A stretch of DNA of 64,000 nt, taken from contig JBHIAC010000001.1 in assembly GCA_046758365.1 (NCBI GenBank), positions 32,001 to 96,000 of the forward strand, written 5' to 3'. The notes under the pieces are model-generated. The model did not search any database. It saw only the letters and a program-made list of their open reading frames with translations, and was not told where the DNA came from. Of the stretch, positions 39,393 to 49,848 are shown in pieces. Numbering within the stretch: the stretch's first letter is position 1; each line of letters opens with the position of its first letter. The position numbers were made by a program, and so were the translations under genes. Source of the DNA: a bacterium. Its GTDB lineage: Bacteria; Zhuqueibacterota; Zhuqueibacteria; Oceanimicrobiales; Oceanimicrobiaceae.

Positions 39393-40517
39393 ATGCGAAT
39401 CTGTTTAATAGGTCCTTCATTTCCCTTCCGAGGAGGAATTGCTCATTATACCACGCTTCTTTATCGTTATTTGCGGCAGCGTCATGAAACCGTGTTCCTT
39501 AGTTTCTCAAGACAATACCCAAAATGGCTTTATCCAGGAAAGTCAGATAAGGACAATAGTAACATTGCACTAAAGGAGGAAGACGTTGAACCTACACTGG
39601 ATTCCATGAACCCGTGGTCATGGTATCTAACTTATAAAAAAATTTTAGCTTATCAGCCCAATTTGGTTATTTTCCCCTGGTGGGTTTTTTACTGGGCGAT
39701 TCCATTTTCTTTTTTAACCAGATTAATTCATAAAAATACAGAGGCTCGAATATTATTCATTTGTCATAATGTAATTCAGCACGAAAGTAACTTGTTAGCA
39801 CGTTGGTTTACAAAATTTGTTTTAAAGCAAGGTGATCTATTTCTAGTACATTCCAATGAGGACTTGCGAAACCTAAAAGAGATTATCCCTAAAGCAAGGG
39901 TTGAGCATGCTTTTCATCCGAGTTATGATGAATTTCCAAAATCGGGTCTAGGAAAAAAGTCAGCAAAACGACTCCTTGGCCTCAATGGAAAAGTATTACT
40001 ATTTTTTGGATTTATACGGCCATACAAAGGTTTAGATTACCTGCTGGACGCATTGCCTCGAATCTTGTCTGAGATATCGGTCACGCTTTTAATTGTGGGC
40101 GAATTTTGGGGCGATAAGGAACGGTATCTAAGAAAAATTCAAAAGATGGGGCTGAATAATGCCGTAAGAGTCATTGATACCTATGTGCCAAATGAAGAGC
40201 TCGAAAGGTATTTTGTTGCATCAGATTTACTGGTCTTGCCTTATACTAAAGCGACCGGTAGCGGCATAGTTCAATTAGCATTTGGTTTTGATCTCCCTGT
40301 ATTAGTAACATCCGTCGGGGCATTACCAGAGGTCGTCAAGGAAGGTGAGACCGGATTCATCGTGCCATCCAAGAATTCGGAAGCTCTCGCAGATAAAGTG
40401 ATTAAGTTTTTTAGTAATGGAATGGCAAAAAGTCTTGCTAAAAATATTATAAAAGAAAAGAAAAAGTTCACATGGGACAATGTTATAAAAAAAATCGAAA
40501 AGCTAGAGCTGTATTAA
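39393..40517 (+). CDS. Glycosyltransferase family 4
   Basis: PFRGGIAHY, FFGFIRPYKG and DLLVLPY..ATGSG. Confidence 0.9.
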   Translation: MRICLIGPSFPFRGGIAHYTTLLYRYLRQRHETVFLSFSRQYPKWLYPGKSDKDNSNIALKEEDVEPTLDSMNPWSWYLTYKKILAYQPNLVIFPWWVFYWAIPFSFLTRLIHKNTEARILFICHNVIQHESNLLARWFTKFVLKQGDLFLVHSNEDLRNLKEIIPKARVEHAFHPSYDEFPKSGLGKKSAKRLLGLNGKVLLFFGFIRPYKGLDYLLDALPRILSEISVTLLIVGEFWGDKERYLRKIQKMGLNNAVRVIDTYVPNEELERYFVASDLLVLPYTKATGSGIVQLAFGFDLPVLVTSVGALPEVVKEGETGFIVPSKNSEALADKVIKFFSNGMAKSLAKNIIKEKKKFTWDNVIKKIEKLELY

Positions 40518-41509
40518 GCAAATTCAATTTTAGACACCAAAAGATTAATAAGCTGGTTAATCTACTGGTTTTTGTTGTAATTGCTTTCGGTTTATATTCT
40601 TTAATCCGGGGTTCTGGTTTACGAGAACTCATGGAGATACGTGAGCATCTTCATTATAAATATATTATTGCCAGTGTATTCGTTATTGCTATAAATCTGT
40701 TTGTAATATATCTACGATGGTATTTTTTACTAATGCCAATAAAGCCTACCGTATTACTGCGTAACGTAATCTTTATTTCAATTTCTTCGGTAGCGGTAAA
40801 TTATTCGACCCCAGGGAAATTAGGGGTCCCAGCCAAGGCGTTTCTCCTCAAAAAACTGGAGAAGGTTGATATTAATCAGTCTATTCCTTCATTATTTGCT
40901 GAACTTTTTTTGGATTATGGATTTATGTTTGCTATGTTAATTTTGGCTGGAGCCCTGGGGGGCTATCTTCATGCAGCTATGGATGTTGTAGAATTATTAA
41001 GCCTTTCAAGTGTAAGTTTCTCCTTACTAATTACCTTTTTGATTTGTTTAGCAATGGGAATTGCTGTTTTGATCTTTTGGAGAAAGATTCGGTCAAGCAA
41101 ATTCTTTCAGAATTTATCAATGGCAGTGCGCATGATGAAAGCACGTCGAGATTATATGCAGTTAGTGATTTTTTTAACCTTTGGAAATCTCATTCTAAGT
41201 TTCTGGGGTGATTTACTTCTGCTCAAGGGTTTAGGAGTTAAAGTGCCATATTTATTTGTTATCTTTAGCTTTTCTTGTGCTGGGATCATTGGTTTCTTAT
41301 CACCAATTGCTGGTGGCGTGGGTGTTCGTGAAGTAGTCAATGCATATTTATTCAAGCTATATAGTTACTCGGGTCCAGTTGCACTCATGGCCACTTTATT
41401 ACGCCGTATTTTGACTTATATCATTCTTTTATTGAATTTATTGTTTTTAAAATTTCAAAGTGAAAATATATCTTTAACAGTTGGTAGAAAAATAGAAAAC
41501 GCTTTATGA
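40472..41509 (+). CDS. UPF0104 flippase-like membrane protein, 2 of 3 (true start may be slightly downstream)
   Basis: LRWYFLL, NYSTPGKLG and SPIAGGVGVRE. Confidence 0.78.
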   Translation: MGQCYKKNRKARAVLSKFNFRHQKINKLVNLLVFVVIAFGLYSLIRGSGLRELMEIREHLHYKYIIASVFVIAINLFVIYLRWYFLLMPIKPTVLLRNVIFISISSVAVNYSTPGKLGVPAKAFLLKKLEKVDINQSIPSLFAELFLDYGFMFAMLILAGALGGYLHAAMDVVELLSLSSVSFSLLITFLICLAMGIAVLIFWRKIRSSKFFQNLSMAVRMMKARRDYMQLVIFLTFGNLILSFWGDLLLLKGLGVKVPYLFVIFSFSCAGIIGFLSPIAGGVGVREVVNAYLFKLYSYSGPVALMATLLRRILTYIILLLNLLFLKFQSENISLTVGRKIENAL

Positions 41510-42630
41510 GAATCGGCATTGAGATTGATTGGGCACACAAATTCGGCGGTATGCGAGCGGTTGCGATTAACCTGTTAAGAGAAATTATAAAAATCGATAA
41601 CAGGAATGAATATATTGTTTATACCAATACTAAATTCCCTAAACTTGCTCACAACAAGATTAAACAAACTGTCATACTTTCTCCACACCCTTTAATGCAT
41701 GTGATTTGGGACCAGTTCATTTTACCCCATATCATTTTCCCATGGAAGTTTTTACAGGATAAGATTGATATTGTGCTCTATTCAGGTACTATTTCATCTT
41801 TTTATAAGGTCAAAAGATCGGTATTGATGATTCATGATCTTACGATTTTTACAGTGCCGGAAAGTTATAATAAGATTCACAGAACTTACCAAAGGCTTTA
41901 TTACAAGTGGGCAGTATATAATGCTGATCACATAATAACTGTCTCGGAATCTTCAAGGAGAGATATTCTTCGTTTATTCAGGCTTCCTGAAGATAGAGTT
42001 ACTGCCATAGCTTTGGGAGTAGGGGAGGAATGCAGAGTAATTAACGATGAATCTCTTCTTGCACGCGTGCGCAATCATTACCGCCTTCCTGGTCATTTCA
42101 TTTTAAACGTAGGGACCATTCAGCCCCGGAAAAATCTAGTTCGGTTGGTGGAGTCTTTTGCACAACTCCGCAACGAATTACCCCACAAATTAGTGATTGT
42201 TGGCCGTCAGGCTTGGCGCGCCGAAGAACTTTTTTTTGCTATCTCAAAGCATAAACTCGAAGACCATGTTATCTTTCTCGGGATGGTACCCAATGAGGAC
42301 TTACCTGTGATTTATAACCTGGCCGATATATTTGTGTATCCTTCCCTATATGAAGGATTTGGTTTGCCTGTATTAGAAGCAATGTCCTGCGGCACACCCA
42401 CAATAACCTCAAATAATTCTTCTTTAGCAGAAGTAGCCGGGGATGCGGCCCTCTTAGTGGATCCAAAGGATGTTGAAAGTATTACTGAAGCACTGCGGGA
42501 GTTGGCTTTACACCCTAGCCATCTTAATGAGCTTCGGTGTAAAGGACTTTCGCGCGCGAAAATATTTTCTTGGGAACGTACGGCACGTGAGACCTTAAAT
42601 GTCTTTGAAAACTTTAGAACCAGCAATTAA
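41506..42630 (+). CDS. Glycosyltransferase family 4 (mannosyltransferase-like)
   Basis: IHDL, TVSESS, VGTIQPRKN and YPSLYEGFGLPVLEAMSCG. Confidence 0.92.
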   Translation: MRIGIEIDWAHKFGGMRAVAINLLREIIKIDNRNEYIVYTNTKFPKLAHNKIKQTVILSPHPLMHVIWDQFILPHIIFPWKFLQDKIDIVLYSGTISSFYKVKRSVLMIHDLTIFTVPESYNKIHRTYQRLYYKWAVYNADHIITVSESSRRDILRLFRLPEDRVTAIALGVGEECRVINDESLLARVRNHYRLPGHFILNVGTIQPRKNLVRLVESFAQLRNELPHKLVIVGRQAWRAEELFFAISKHKLEDHVIFLGMVPNEDLPVIYNLADIFVYPSLYEGFGLPVLEAMSCGTPTITSNNSSLAEVAGDAALLVDPKDVESITEALRELALHPSHLNELRCKGLSRAKIFSWERTARETLNVFENFRTSN

Positions 42631-42666
42631 AATTAATTAAAGCAAAAAAACAGTTTTCTAAATATA

Positions 42667-44565
42667 ATGCATTCAATTATTCTATATTTTCTTCCAGGAC
42701 TATTAATTGCTCTATCGCTTAAAAAGAAGATAAAAATCGATTTTTTGCAAACACTTGCTTTTTCAATTGTATTTTCAATCGGTAGCAATGGATTACTGTT
42801 TACACTATTAAGGATATTTCATTTATATACCTATAAGGTAATACAAATCTATTTAGTTTTTTTATTTCTAATTCTAATCATATTACTCTGGAAGAATAGA
42901 AATAATATTATTCTAAAAAATTTAGCGATTACTAAAATTAATGCCAAGCAATATCTTTTTATAATCTTAATTTTATTTACCCTAATTTCTTTATATTATT
43001 CAGTTTTCTTTCCACCTCGAGCTTATGATAGTTATTATTATCATCTCACCATTGCAAAAACTTCTGCCGAAGGAACATTTTCTAAGTATATTAATGAACA
43101 AAACGGCGTAATTTCTTGGCTGTTTAGAACCTTTCCACAAAATGTCGAGATGTTTTTATCACCGTTTTTTTTCTTTAAGTCAAATTTGTATACCTTGTTT
43201 CCTCCTATTACTGGTTTAGTATTTCTGCTTACGGTCTATAATTTAGGAAAAACGCTGAACCTTTCCGAGAAAACATCTACAATTGCCGTTTTTTTAGGGG
43301 CTGTTTCTCCTATCATTATGTACCAAAGTGGTGATTATTGGGCAGATTTGTTAGTCGGAATTTATTTATTAAGTTTTACGATTTTATTTATACACTACAT
43401 TAATAAAGAATCTTTATTAATACTTGTTGCTTCAGCTAGTTGTTTAGCATTTGCTGTTTTATCTAGATATCAAGCCTTGCACTATACGGTTTTTCTTTTT
43501 ACGGTTGGACTGTTAGTGATAATTTATGGATTCTTAAAAAATAAATCTCAGAGCCACATTTGGATTAGAAATTTTGCAAAAAACTATGGTTACGCACTGT
43601 TTGTTCTTATCCTTCTAATCATTATTCCATTACTGAGTAGAGATAATTTAAATGATGTTAGAGGTGGGTTTTATGGGAGAAAGCCCATGACTTTCGCTTG
43701 GTTTAAAAAAGCGAATTTAATTATTATTGAAAATATTTTTAAACCTGGCGAACATGGGTTGGTTTTCGTGGTGGTTGTGACCTCTTTGATATTTTTGATT
43801 ATTAGTCTAAGAAAAAAGGTAGATTGGAAAATTTATTTTATCCATTTTCTATCACTTAGCTGGTTAACTATGATATTAATTGGGGCTATTTTTGTCATTC
43901 GTCGCCAGGATTCATGTGCATTTTCTGGTCGATACATGCTTCCTGCCTATTCATTTATGCTAATTGGCAGTAGCATAATTATTGAAAAAACTATTCAGAA
44001 AATATCTTCTTTAAAAGGTAGAGGGTTATGGCGCAGAATCAACTTAATAACTTTGACTTGTGTAATCATTATTAGCATGTTTGTAGTTCTCAATCGTGAT
44101 ATAGCTTTAAAGGTAAAAAGGATTGGGCGTAGTTATATAATTGCTGTCGATGCAGTATTGCCGTTTTATTCGATTTTGAGGACCATGTTTAATAGGTATG
44201 GTTATATAACCTTTCATCCCTTTGAGTCTACTTCTACTAAATTGAGGTGGTTATATGGAAATAGTTACAGAGCCTGGGAATACATAAATTCGGTCGCCAG
44301 CGAAAGAGATAATATTTTAATAGATGAGCAGCAGTTTATGTTACTTAAACCTTTTTGCTATGATGCGAAATCACCAGGAAATTTGAAATCACTCCAAGAA
44401 ACGATAGAATGGATTAAAAGCAAGAATATTAGATATATTCTTAAATCCAAAAGCCCTAATTTTTTCGCAATTTATAATCCATTTATTATTGATTTTGTGA
44501 ATACCTCAATGGTTACATTGAAATACGAGAATAGCGAATGGTTTGTGTACGAAGTTAAAGGGTAA
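42667..44565 (+). CDS. Polytopic GT-C (ArnT/PMT-like) membrane protein
   Basis: Many TMs, loop PPRAYDSYYYHL, FPQNVE, WADL, GRYMLP and a soluble C-terminal domain (IRYIL). Confidence 0.65.
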   Translation: MHSIILYFLPGLLIALSLKKKIKIDFLQTLAFSIVFSIGSNGLLFTLLRIFHLYTYKVIQIYLVFLFLILIILLWKNRNNIILKNLAITKINAKQYLFIILILFTLISLYYSVFFPPRAYDSYYYHLTIAKTSAEGTFSKYINEQNGVISWLFRTFPQNVEMFLSPFFFFKSNLYTLFPPITGLVFLLTVYNLGKTLNLSEKTSTIAVFLGAVSPIIMYQSGDYWADLLVGIYLLSFTILFIHYINKESLLILVASASCLAFAVLSRYQALHYTVFLFTVGLLVIIYGFLKNKSQSHIWIRNFAKNYGYALFVLILLIIIPLLSRDNLNDVRGGFYGRKPMTFAWFKKANLIIIENIFKPGEHGLVFVVVVTSLIFLIISLRKKVDWKIYFIHFLSLSWLTMILIGAIFVIRRQDSCAFSGRYMLPAYSFMLIGSSIIIEKTIQKISSLKGRGLWRRINLITLTCVIIISMFVVLNRDIALKVKRIGRSYIIAVDAVLPFYSILRTMFNRYGYITFHPFESTSTKLRWLYGNSYRAWEYINSVASERDNILIDEQQFMLLKPFCYDAKSPGNLKSLQETIEWIKSKNIRYILKSKSPNFFAIYNPFIIDFVNTSMVTLKYENSEWFVYEVKG

Positions 44566-44607
44566 TATATAAAAGTACAATTTTTCTCTTGAAAAAAGTG
44601 AGCTGAA

Positions 44608-45645
44608 ATGAAAGATATGAATACACAAAAGCATAGAGTCAATTTGCATTCTGAAAATAAATTAAAAAACACAAATAACAAATCTCAAGTATTAACCGAG
44701 GTTGAATATTCGGTTGTGATACCAGTGTATAATTCAGAAGACACACTTCAAGAATTATACAACAGACTTGATGATGTCTTTAAATTAATCAACGGCAGTT
44801 ATGAAATTATATTCGTTGATGATTCAAGTGTGGATCATTCTTGGGAAGTTCTTAAGGGATTAGCTAAGAAACATCATGAAGTAAAAATAATCCAATTAAT
44901 GAGAAATTATGGTCAACATAATGCTCTGATGTGCGGTTTTAATTATGTAAGCGGAAGACATATTATCACCTTGGATGACGATTTGCAAAACCCACCAGAA
45001 GAAATTCCTAAATTAATAAATAAAATCGATGAAGGACTGGATGTTGTTTACGGGATATATGAAAGCAAAAAGCATAACTGGTTTAGAAACTTGGGGTCCA
45101 AACTCATTGGTCTATTTTACAGAAAAATTTACAAATTAGATAACAAAACTTCTGCTTTTAGAATTCTCAATAAAGAAATAATTGAATATTTAATAACCTA
45201 TGATAAAAACTTTACTTTTATCGATGGGCTAATTCCTTGGTATTCTAGTAAAATTGGTTTTGTTATTACAAAACATGACATGAGAAAAACAGGATCGTCT
45301 GGATATTCGTTTCTGAAACTTGTACATCTGGCTCTAAACATGTACACGAATTTCTCAATTCTACCATTAAGAGTTGCATCAATTTTGGGAGTGATTTTTT
45401 CAAGTATAGGGTTCTTTCTTGGATTTTACTTTATTATAAAGAAAGTAATTGGAGGCGTGGGAGTGAGTGGTTTTACTTCGCTGATTGTTTCGGTTACAAT
45501 ATTTTCCGGGGTTCAATTGCTTACTTTGGGTATTTTAGGGGAGTATATTGGAAGAATCGCCCTAAATATCAACAAATTGCCTCAATTCAAAATCAGGAAT
45601 TCGGAGGGATTTTTGAATAATCTTGAATCGAATTTTAATTATTAG
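44608..45645 (+). CDS. GT2 ArnC-like undecaprenyl-phosphate glycosyltransferase
   Basis: IPVYNSE, DDSS.D, RNYGQHNA, LDDDLQNPPEEIP and LGILGEYIGRI. Confidence 0.9.
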   Translation: MKDMNTQKHRVNLHSENKLKNTNNKSQVLTEVEYSVVIPVYNSEDTLQELYNRLDDVFKLINGSYEIIFVDDSSVDHSWEVLKGLAKKHHEVKIIQLMRNYGQHNALMCGFNYVSGRHIITLDDDLQNPPEEIPKLINKIDEGLDVVYGIYESKKHNWFRNLGSKLIGLFYRKIYKLDNKTSAFRILNKEIIEYLITYDKNFTFIDGLIPWYSSKIGFVITKHDMRKTGSSGYSFLKLVHLALNMYTNFSILPLRVASILGVIFSSIGFFLGFYFIIKKVIGGVGVSGFTSLIVSVTIFSGVQLLTLGILGEYIGRIALNINKLPQFKIRNSEGFLNNLESNFNY

Positions 45646-45656
45646 GAAAAAGTTAA

Positions 45657-46391
45657 ATGAGAAAAGTTGCAATAATTCAATCAAGTTACATTCCATGGAA
45701 AGGGTACTTTGATATTATTAACGAGGTTGATATTTTTATATTTTTGGAAGATGTCCAATTTACGAAAAGAGATTGGAGAAGTCGAAATAAAATAAAAACT
45801 TCCAATGGAACTGAATGGATAACTATTCCGATTCTTGGAGGTAGGAATCAGATGCTCAGTGAGGCAAAAATTGATAATTCTCAAAATTGGCAAAAAAAGC
45901 ACTTAAATAAGCTGCAATTTAATTACGCTAAGTCAAATTTTTTTGATGAGTATTTTGATGACCTAAAGAGCCTTTACGAAATGGATTGGGAATATTTGTC
46001 AGACTTTAATATTGCTCTTACTAAATATATTTGTAATTTACTGAATATACGAGCTAAGTTATTAAAATCACAAGATATAGGTTCAGTTAGAACAAAGGAT
46101 GAGAAGCTGATTGATTTGGTTAAAAAAGTGGATGGCACTTGTTACATTTCAGGACCTGCTGCGAAAAGTTATATCGACCCCGATTTATTTTTTAACGCGG
46201 GAATAGAACTGAAATATAAAGATTATTCTGGATATCCGGAATATCCTCAATTACATCCACCATTTAATCATTACGTTACTATACTTGATTTGATTTTCAG
46301 CGTGGGCATGGATGCTGGTTATTACATTTGGGGCTGGAGGGAAGAGTTGAAAAGTAATATAAAAAAGTTAGAAACTGTGGTCGCAAACTGA
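45657..46391 (+). CDS. WbqC-family protein (putative glycyltransferase)
   Basis: QSSYIPWKGYF, DVQF..RDWRSRNKI, YISGP and YPQL...F...TILDL. Confidence 0.88.
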   Translation: MRKVAIIQSSYIPWKGYFDIINEVDIFIFLEDVQFTKRDWRSRNKIKTSNGTEWITIPILGGRNQMLSEAKIDNSQNWQKKHLNKLQFNYAKSNFFDEYFDDLKSLYEMDWEYLSDFNIALTKYICNLLNIRAKLLKSQDIGSVRTKDEKLIDLVKKVDGTCYISGPAAKSYIDPDLFFNAGIELKYKDYSGYPEYPQLHPPFNHYVTILDLIFSVGMDAGYYIWGWREELKSNIKKLETVVAN

Positions 46392-46411
46392 TTTAAGGAC
46401 TATTTAAAATC

Positions 46412-47605
46412 ATGATCGTGCCATTTAATAAACCTTGCCTTACTGGTAAGGAATTGCATTATATTTCAGAGTCAGTCCTCTCAGGTCAAATATCTGGTGA
46501 TGGCATTTTTACCCAAAAATGCCAAAAACTCCTTGAAGAAACATTTGATTCCAAAAAGGTGTTTATGACCACGTCGTGTACAGATGCTCTTGAAATGGCT
46601 TCAATATTAATAAACCTGAATCCCGGTGATGAAGTCATCGTCCCTTCTTTTACTTTTGTTTCTACAGTAAATGCCTTTTACTTACGGGCGGCACGACCAG
46701 TTTTTGTGGATATCAGGAAAGATACCTTGAATTTAGACGAAGCTCTTATCGAAGAAAAAGTAACCGAGCGAACAAAAGCCATTTTCCCTGTCCATTATGC
46801 TGGGGTCGCATGTGAGATGGATGAGATAATGAAAATTGCGCATCGCTTCAATCTCTATGTAGTCGAGGATGCGGCTCATGGTATGAATGCTACTTACAAT
46901 GGCAAATACTTGGGTACCATCGGAGATTTCGGTGCGTTTAGTTTCCATGAAACAAAGAATTTCACATGTGGGGAAGGAGGCGCATTAATTATAAATGATG
47001 AAAAGTATATAGAAAGAGCTGAAATCGTAAGGGAAAAAGGAACTAATAGAAGTAAATTTTTCAGGGGAGAAGTTGATAAATATACATGGGTCGATATTGG
47101 TTCTTCTTTTTTGCCCTCTGATGTATTATCTGCATTCCTTTTTGCACAGCTAGAGTATATGGGTGAGATTACTGAGAAAAGGAAACGAATTTACAACCTA
47201 TACTATGATAGTCTGATAGATCTACAATATGAAGGCAAGCTAATTCTGCCATTCATACCTGAAAACTGCACGACAAGCTATCATATGTTTTACATTTTAT
47301 TACCTAATGAGAACGAACGAAATTCATTAATGGAATTTTTAAAGGGAAAAGGGGTTCATGCAATTTTTCATTATATCCCATTGCATTCATCTCCCATTGG
47401 AGAATCTTTGGGTTATAAAAATGGTGATTTGCCCGTGACCGAGGAAATAAGCCAACGTATTTTAAGACTGCCATTTTACAATAGTTTGACAGAGAAAGAG
47501 CAAATTCATGTAATTGAAAGTGTAAAGATTTTTTTTAAGGGTGCTAAAGGAACAGCCGAAAAGTCTAATAACGCTCGTGCGAGTATCCTCACCGGCCCCG
47601 ATTAA
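46412..47605 (+). CDS. wecE: dTDP-4-amino-4,6-dideoxygalactose transaminase (RffA/WecE-like)
   Basis: PFNKP, SGDG.FT, SCTDALEM, FSFHETKN, REKGTNRSKFFRGEVDKYTW, FHYIPLH and RLPFY. Confidence 0.88.
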   Translation: MIVPFNKPCLTGKELHYISESVLSGQISGDGIFTQKCQKLLEETFDSKKVFMTTSCTDALEMASILINLNPGDEVIVPSFTFVSTVNAFYLRAARPVFVDIRKDTLNLDEALIEEKVTERTKAIFPVHYAGVACEMDEIMKIAHRFNLYVVEDAAHGMNATYNGKYLGTIGDFGAFSFHETKNFTCGEGGALIINDEKYIERAEIVREKGTNRSKFFRGEVDKYTWVDIGSSFLPSDVLSAFLFAQLEYMGEITEKRKRIYNLYYDSLIDLQYEGKLILPFIPENCTTSYHMFYILLPNENERNSLMEFLKGKGVHAIFHYIPLHSSPIGESLGYKNGDLPVTEEISQRILRLPFYNSLTEKEQIHVIESVKIFFKGAKGTAEKSNNARASILTGPD

Positions 47606-47667
47606 TTCAAGAGGAAAGTCGGGGTCAGCATTTAAACTCTTATTTTTTTGTCCGGCGAGGACGCTCG
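47580..47667. repeat. GC-rich REP/REPIN-like inverted repeat overlapping the wecE 3' end
   Basis: Arms CGAGTATCCTCACCGG / CCGGCGAGGACGCTCG enclose the hairpin CCCCGATT...AGTCGGGG. Confidence 0.62.
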
Positions 47668-47796
47668 ACAGAGCCCAGTAAGTAGTGTTCAGTCAGACCT
47701 CTATACGTTATTTGCATCGGCGACTAAAATTAAAGAAATTTTGTAAATAATTAGTAAATTGAGAGCAAGTTAGTCAGTATTAAATAAAAAATTATA

Positions 47797-49731
47797 ATGA
47801 ACAATAAAACTAATATCTTTAATCAAAATTATTTTTATCTATTTAGTATTTACTTTTTAATTTTAGTTTATACTATATCTTTTAGTTTACTTTCGATTTC
47901 GCGTTTTGAGAGTTTTAACTCAGGTATATATGATATGGGCATCATGGATCAAACGGTTTGGAATACCAGTCACGGGCGGTTATTAATTGAAAGTGTAAAT
48001 TTGGGATATCCGATTTCTAGGATTTGGTCAGCCCATTGGGAAATTATTTTTCTACCTTTGTCTTTGTTTTACCATGTATGGGCCTCGCCAAAATTTTTGT
48101 TGATATTACAGTCTTTAGTTGTTGCATTAGGGGCTATGCCTTTATATCGGCTAACAAAAGAGAAACTTGGAAATCACCTGGCCGTGATTATAATACCACT
48201 TGCTTATCTTTTATATCCGGCTTTACAAAACGCCAATTTATTTGATGTACATGGTGTGACTTTTGCGACTTCATTTCTAATTTTTACATTCTATTTTTTA
48301 AAACAGGGGAAAAAACTATTTCTTTGGGTATTCTTTGCCCTCTCACTTTTATGCAGAGAAGACAGTTCGCTTATACTATTTATGTTTGGACTTTACGCTA
48401 TCTTTCTGTTAAAAAATAGGCGTACTGGGGTTCTAATGGTGTTGATAAGTGTAAGTTGGTTTCTACTTTATTTCAATAAAGGCCAAGTGCGAGAATTATT
48501 GGGACTATCTGAGGTTGTTCGAACAATTGAAATACCCGGCCGTTGGGATCACTTGGGTGGCGGTGGACTCTTTGGAGTGGTAATATATATTTTGACTAAT
48601 CCCAAGGTAATATTTAATTTATTATTTACAGCGGAAAATCTAGAATATCTTATAAAACTCTTTGCCCCATTGGCCTTTATATGTTTGTTAGCACCTGATA
48701 TAATGATTCTTGCTGCTCCAATTTTTCTGATAAATTTACTGAGCTCATCCCCATTTACACACGGCATAGAACATCATTATAATGCTACGATAATTCCGAT
48801 TTTATTTATTGCAACGATTTATGGTATTAAGAGGCTAAGTGATTTTTGCAGCCGCATAAAGATGAAAATATCGTTTCTAGAAAGATTAAGATTTGTGAAC
48901 AGTACTTTTTTTAGTTTAATAGTTCTTCTTTTGTGTTTACTGGCTTTTATTTTTAAATCTAAGGCTTGGGCAGCTCGGAATTGGGTGAGAACTTCTCATC
49001 ATGATGTGATTGAAAATATAATAAAAAGTATACCACAACAAGCATCACTGGCTACGACCAACATGCTTGGCGCTCACGCGGCTCATCGAGAGGAACTTTA
49101 CATTTTACCAATGAATGTCGAAACGGCTGATTATATTCTATATGATTTCTATCGTTCGTTTGATTATTTAAAAGCCATGGAGACCTATGAGATGCCAAAA
49201 GTGAAGCCGATCAATAGGTATAGCCTGGCTCTACTGGCGGATACGAGTTTAGGTATCATACAATATGAAGAAGGAGTAGCCTTATTTAAACGGGGTGCAG
49301 ATTATTTGGCTGGAATTAGGCAGTTAGCTCTTGAAGAAGATTTGCAGGCCATACAAAATCAGAGTAAGATTTTACTTCCTGGGGGAATCGAATTATTAGG
49401 GTATACTAAAAGAAATAAAGTTGGTGTTTGGCGAGGTACAGTTCATTTAACAGTATATTGGCGGGCATCAAAGTCGCTCTTCCATGATTTGAAATTTACA
49501 TTAAAAATTGAAAACAAGGATTTCGAAAAAATTATTGAACATACACCAGTCTTTAGTGTTTTTCCAACCCATTATTGGAATGAAGGTGAAATTGTTCGCG
49601 ATGAAATCTACATTGAAATACCTAAAAGTAAACATGGGAATCAATTTTCGATGTACGGGGCAGTTAACACAATAGGTAATCATAAAAGTGCAGATGATTT
49701 CATCCACTTATTTGATTTTTATGTAGAATAA
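47797..49731 (+). CDS. DUF2079-like (GT-C-type) membrane protein with C-terminal soluble domain
   Basis: YDMGIMDQTVWN, H...I, YLLYP, FDVH, REDS and HY; C-terminal LTVYW...WNEGEIVRD domain. Confidence 0.78.
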   Translation: MNNKTNIFNQNYFYLFSIYFLILVYTISFSLLSISRFESFNSGIYDMGIMDQTVWNTSHGRLLIESVNLGYPISRIWSAHWEIIFLPLSLFYHVWASPKFLLILQSLVVALGAMPLYRLTKEKLGNHLAVIIIPLAYLLYPALQNANLFDVHGVTFATSFLIFTFYFLKQGKKLFLWVFFALSLLCREDSSLILFMFGLYAIFLLKNRRTGVLMVLISVSWFLLYFNKGQVRELLGLSEVVRTIEIPGRWDHLGGGGLFGVVIYILTNPKVIFNLLFTAENLEYLIKLFAPLAFICLLAPDIMILAAPIFLINLLSSSPFTHGIEHHYNATIIPILFIATIYGIKRLSDFCSRIKMKISFLERLRFVNSTFFSLIVLLLCLLAFIFKSKAWAARNWVRTSHHDVIENIIKSIPQQASLATTNMLGAHAAHREELYILPMNVETADYILYDFYRSFDYLKAMETYEMPKVKPINRYSLALLADTSLGIIQYEEGVALFKRGADYLAGIRQLALEEDLQAIQNQSKILLPGGIELLGYTKRNKVGVWRGTVHLTVYWRASKSLFHDLKFTLKIENKDFEKIIEHTPVFSVFPTHYWNEGEIVRDEIYIEIPKSKHGNQFSMYGAVNTIGNHKSADDFIHLFDFYVE

Positions 49732-49848
49732 AAGCTGACCTTCTTATTTTGTGAAAATTATAATGATTATTAATGAGTTACGTAAAAATATTAAAATAGA
49801 TTTTTTAATAAAAATTAAAAGAAGGTCAGCTTTTTGCAGTTTAGTCAT
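49730..49848. mobile_element. MITE-like non-autonomous element, copy 2 (left end truncated)
   Basis: Perfect 16-bp inverted repeat AAAAGCTGACCTTCTT / AAGAAGGTCAGCTTTT, then TGCAGTTTAGTCAT matching the right end of copy 1. Confidence 0.7.

Noticed and set aside
49751..49846. ORF-track N-terminus MKIIMIINELRK... of the GT-C gene
   Set aside because: It is read through the MITE-like element and is unlikely to be real coding sequence.
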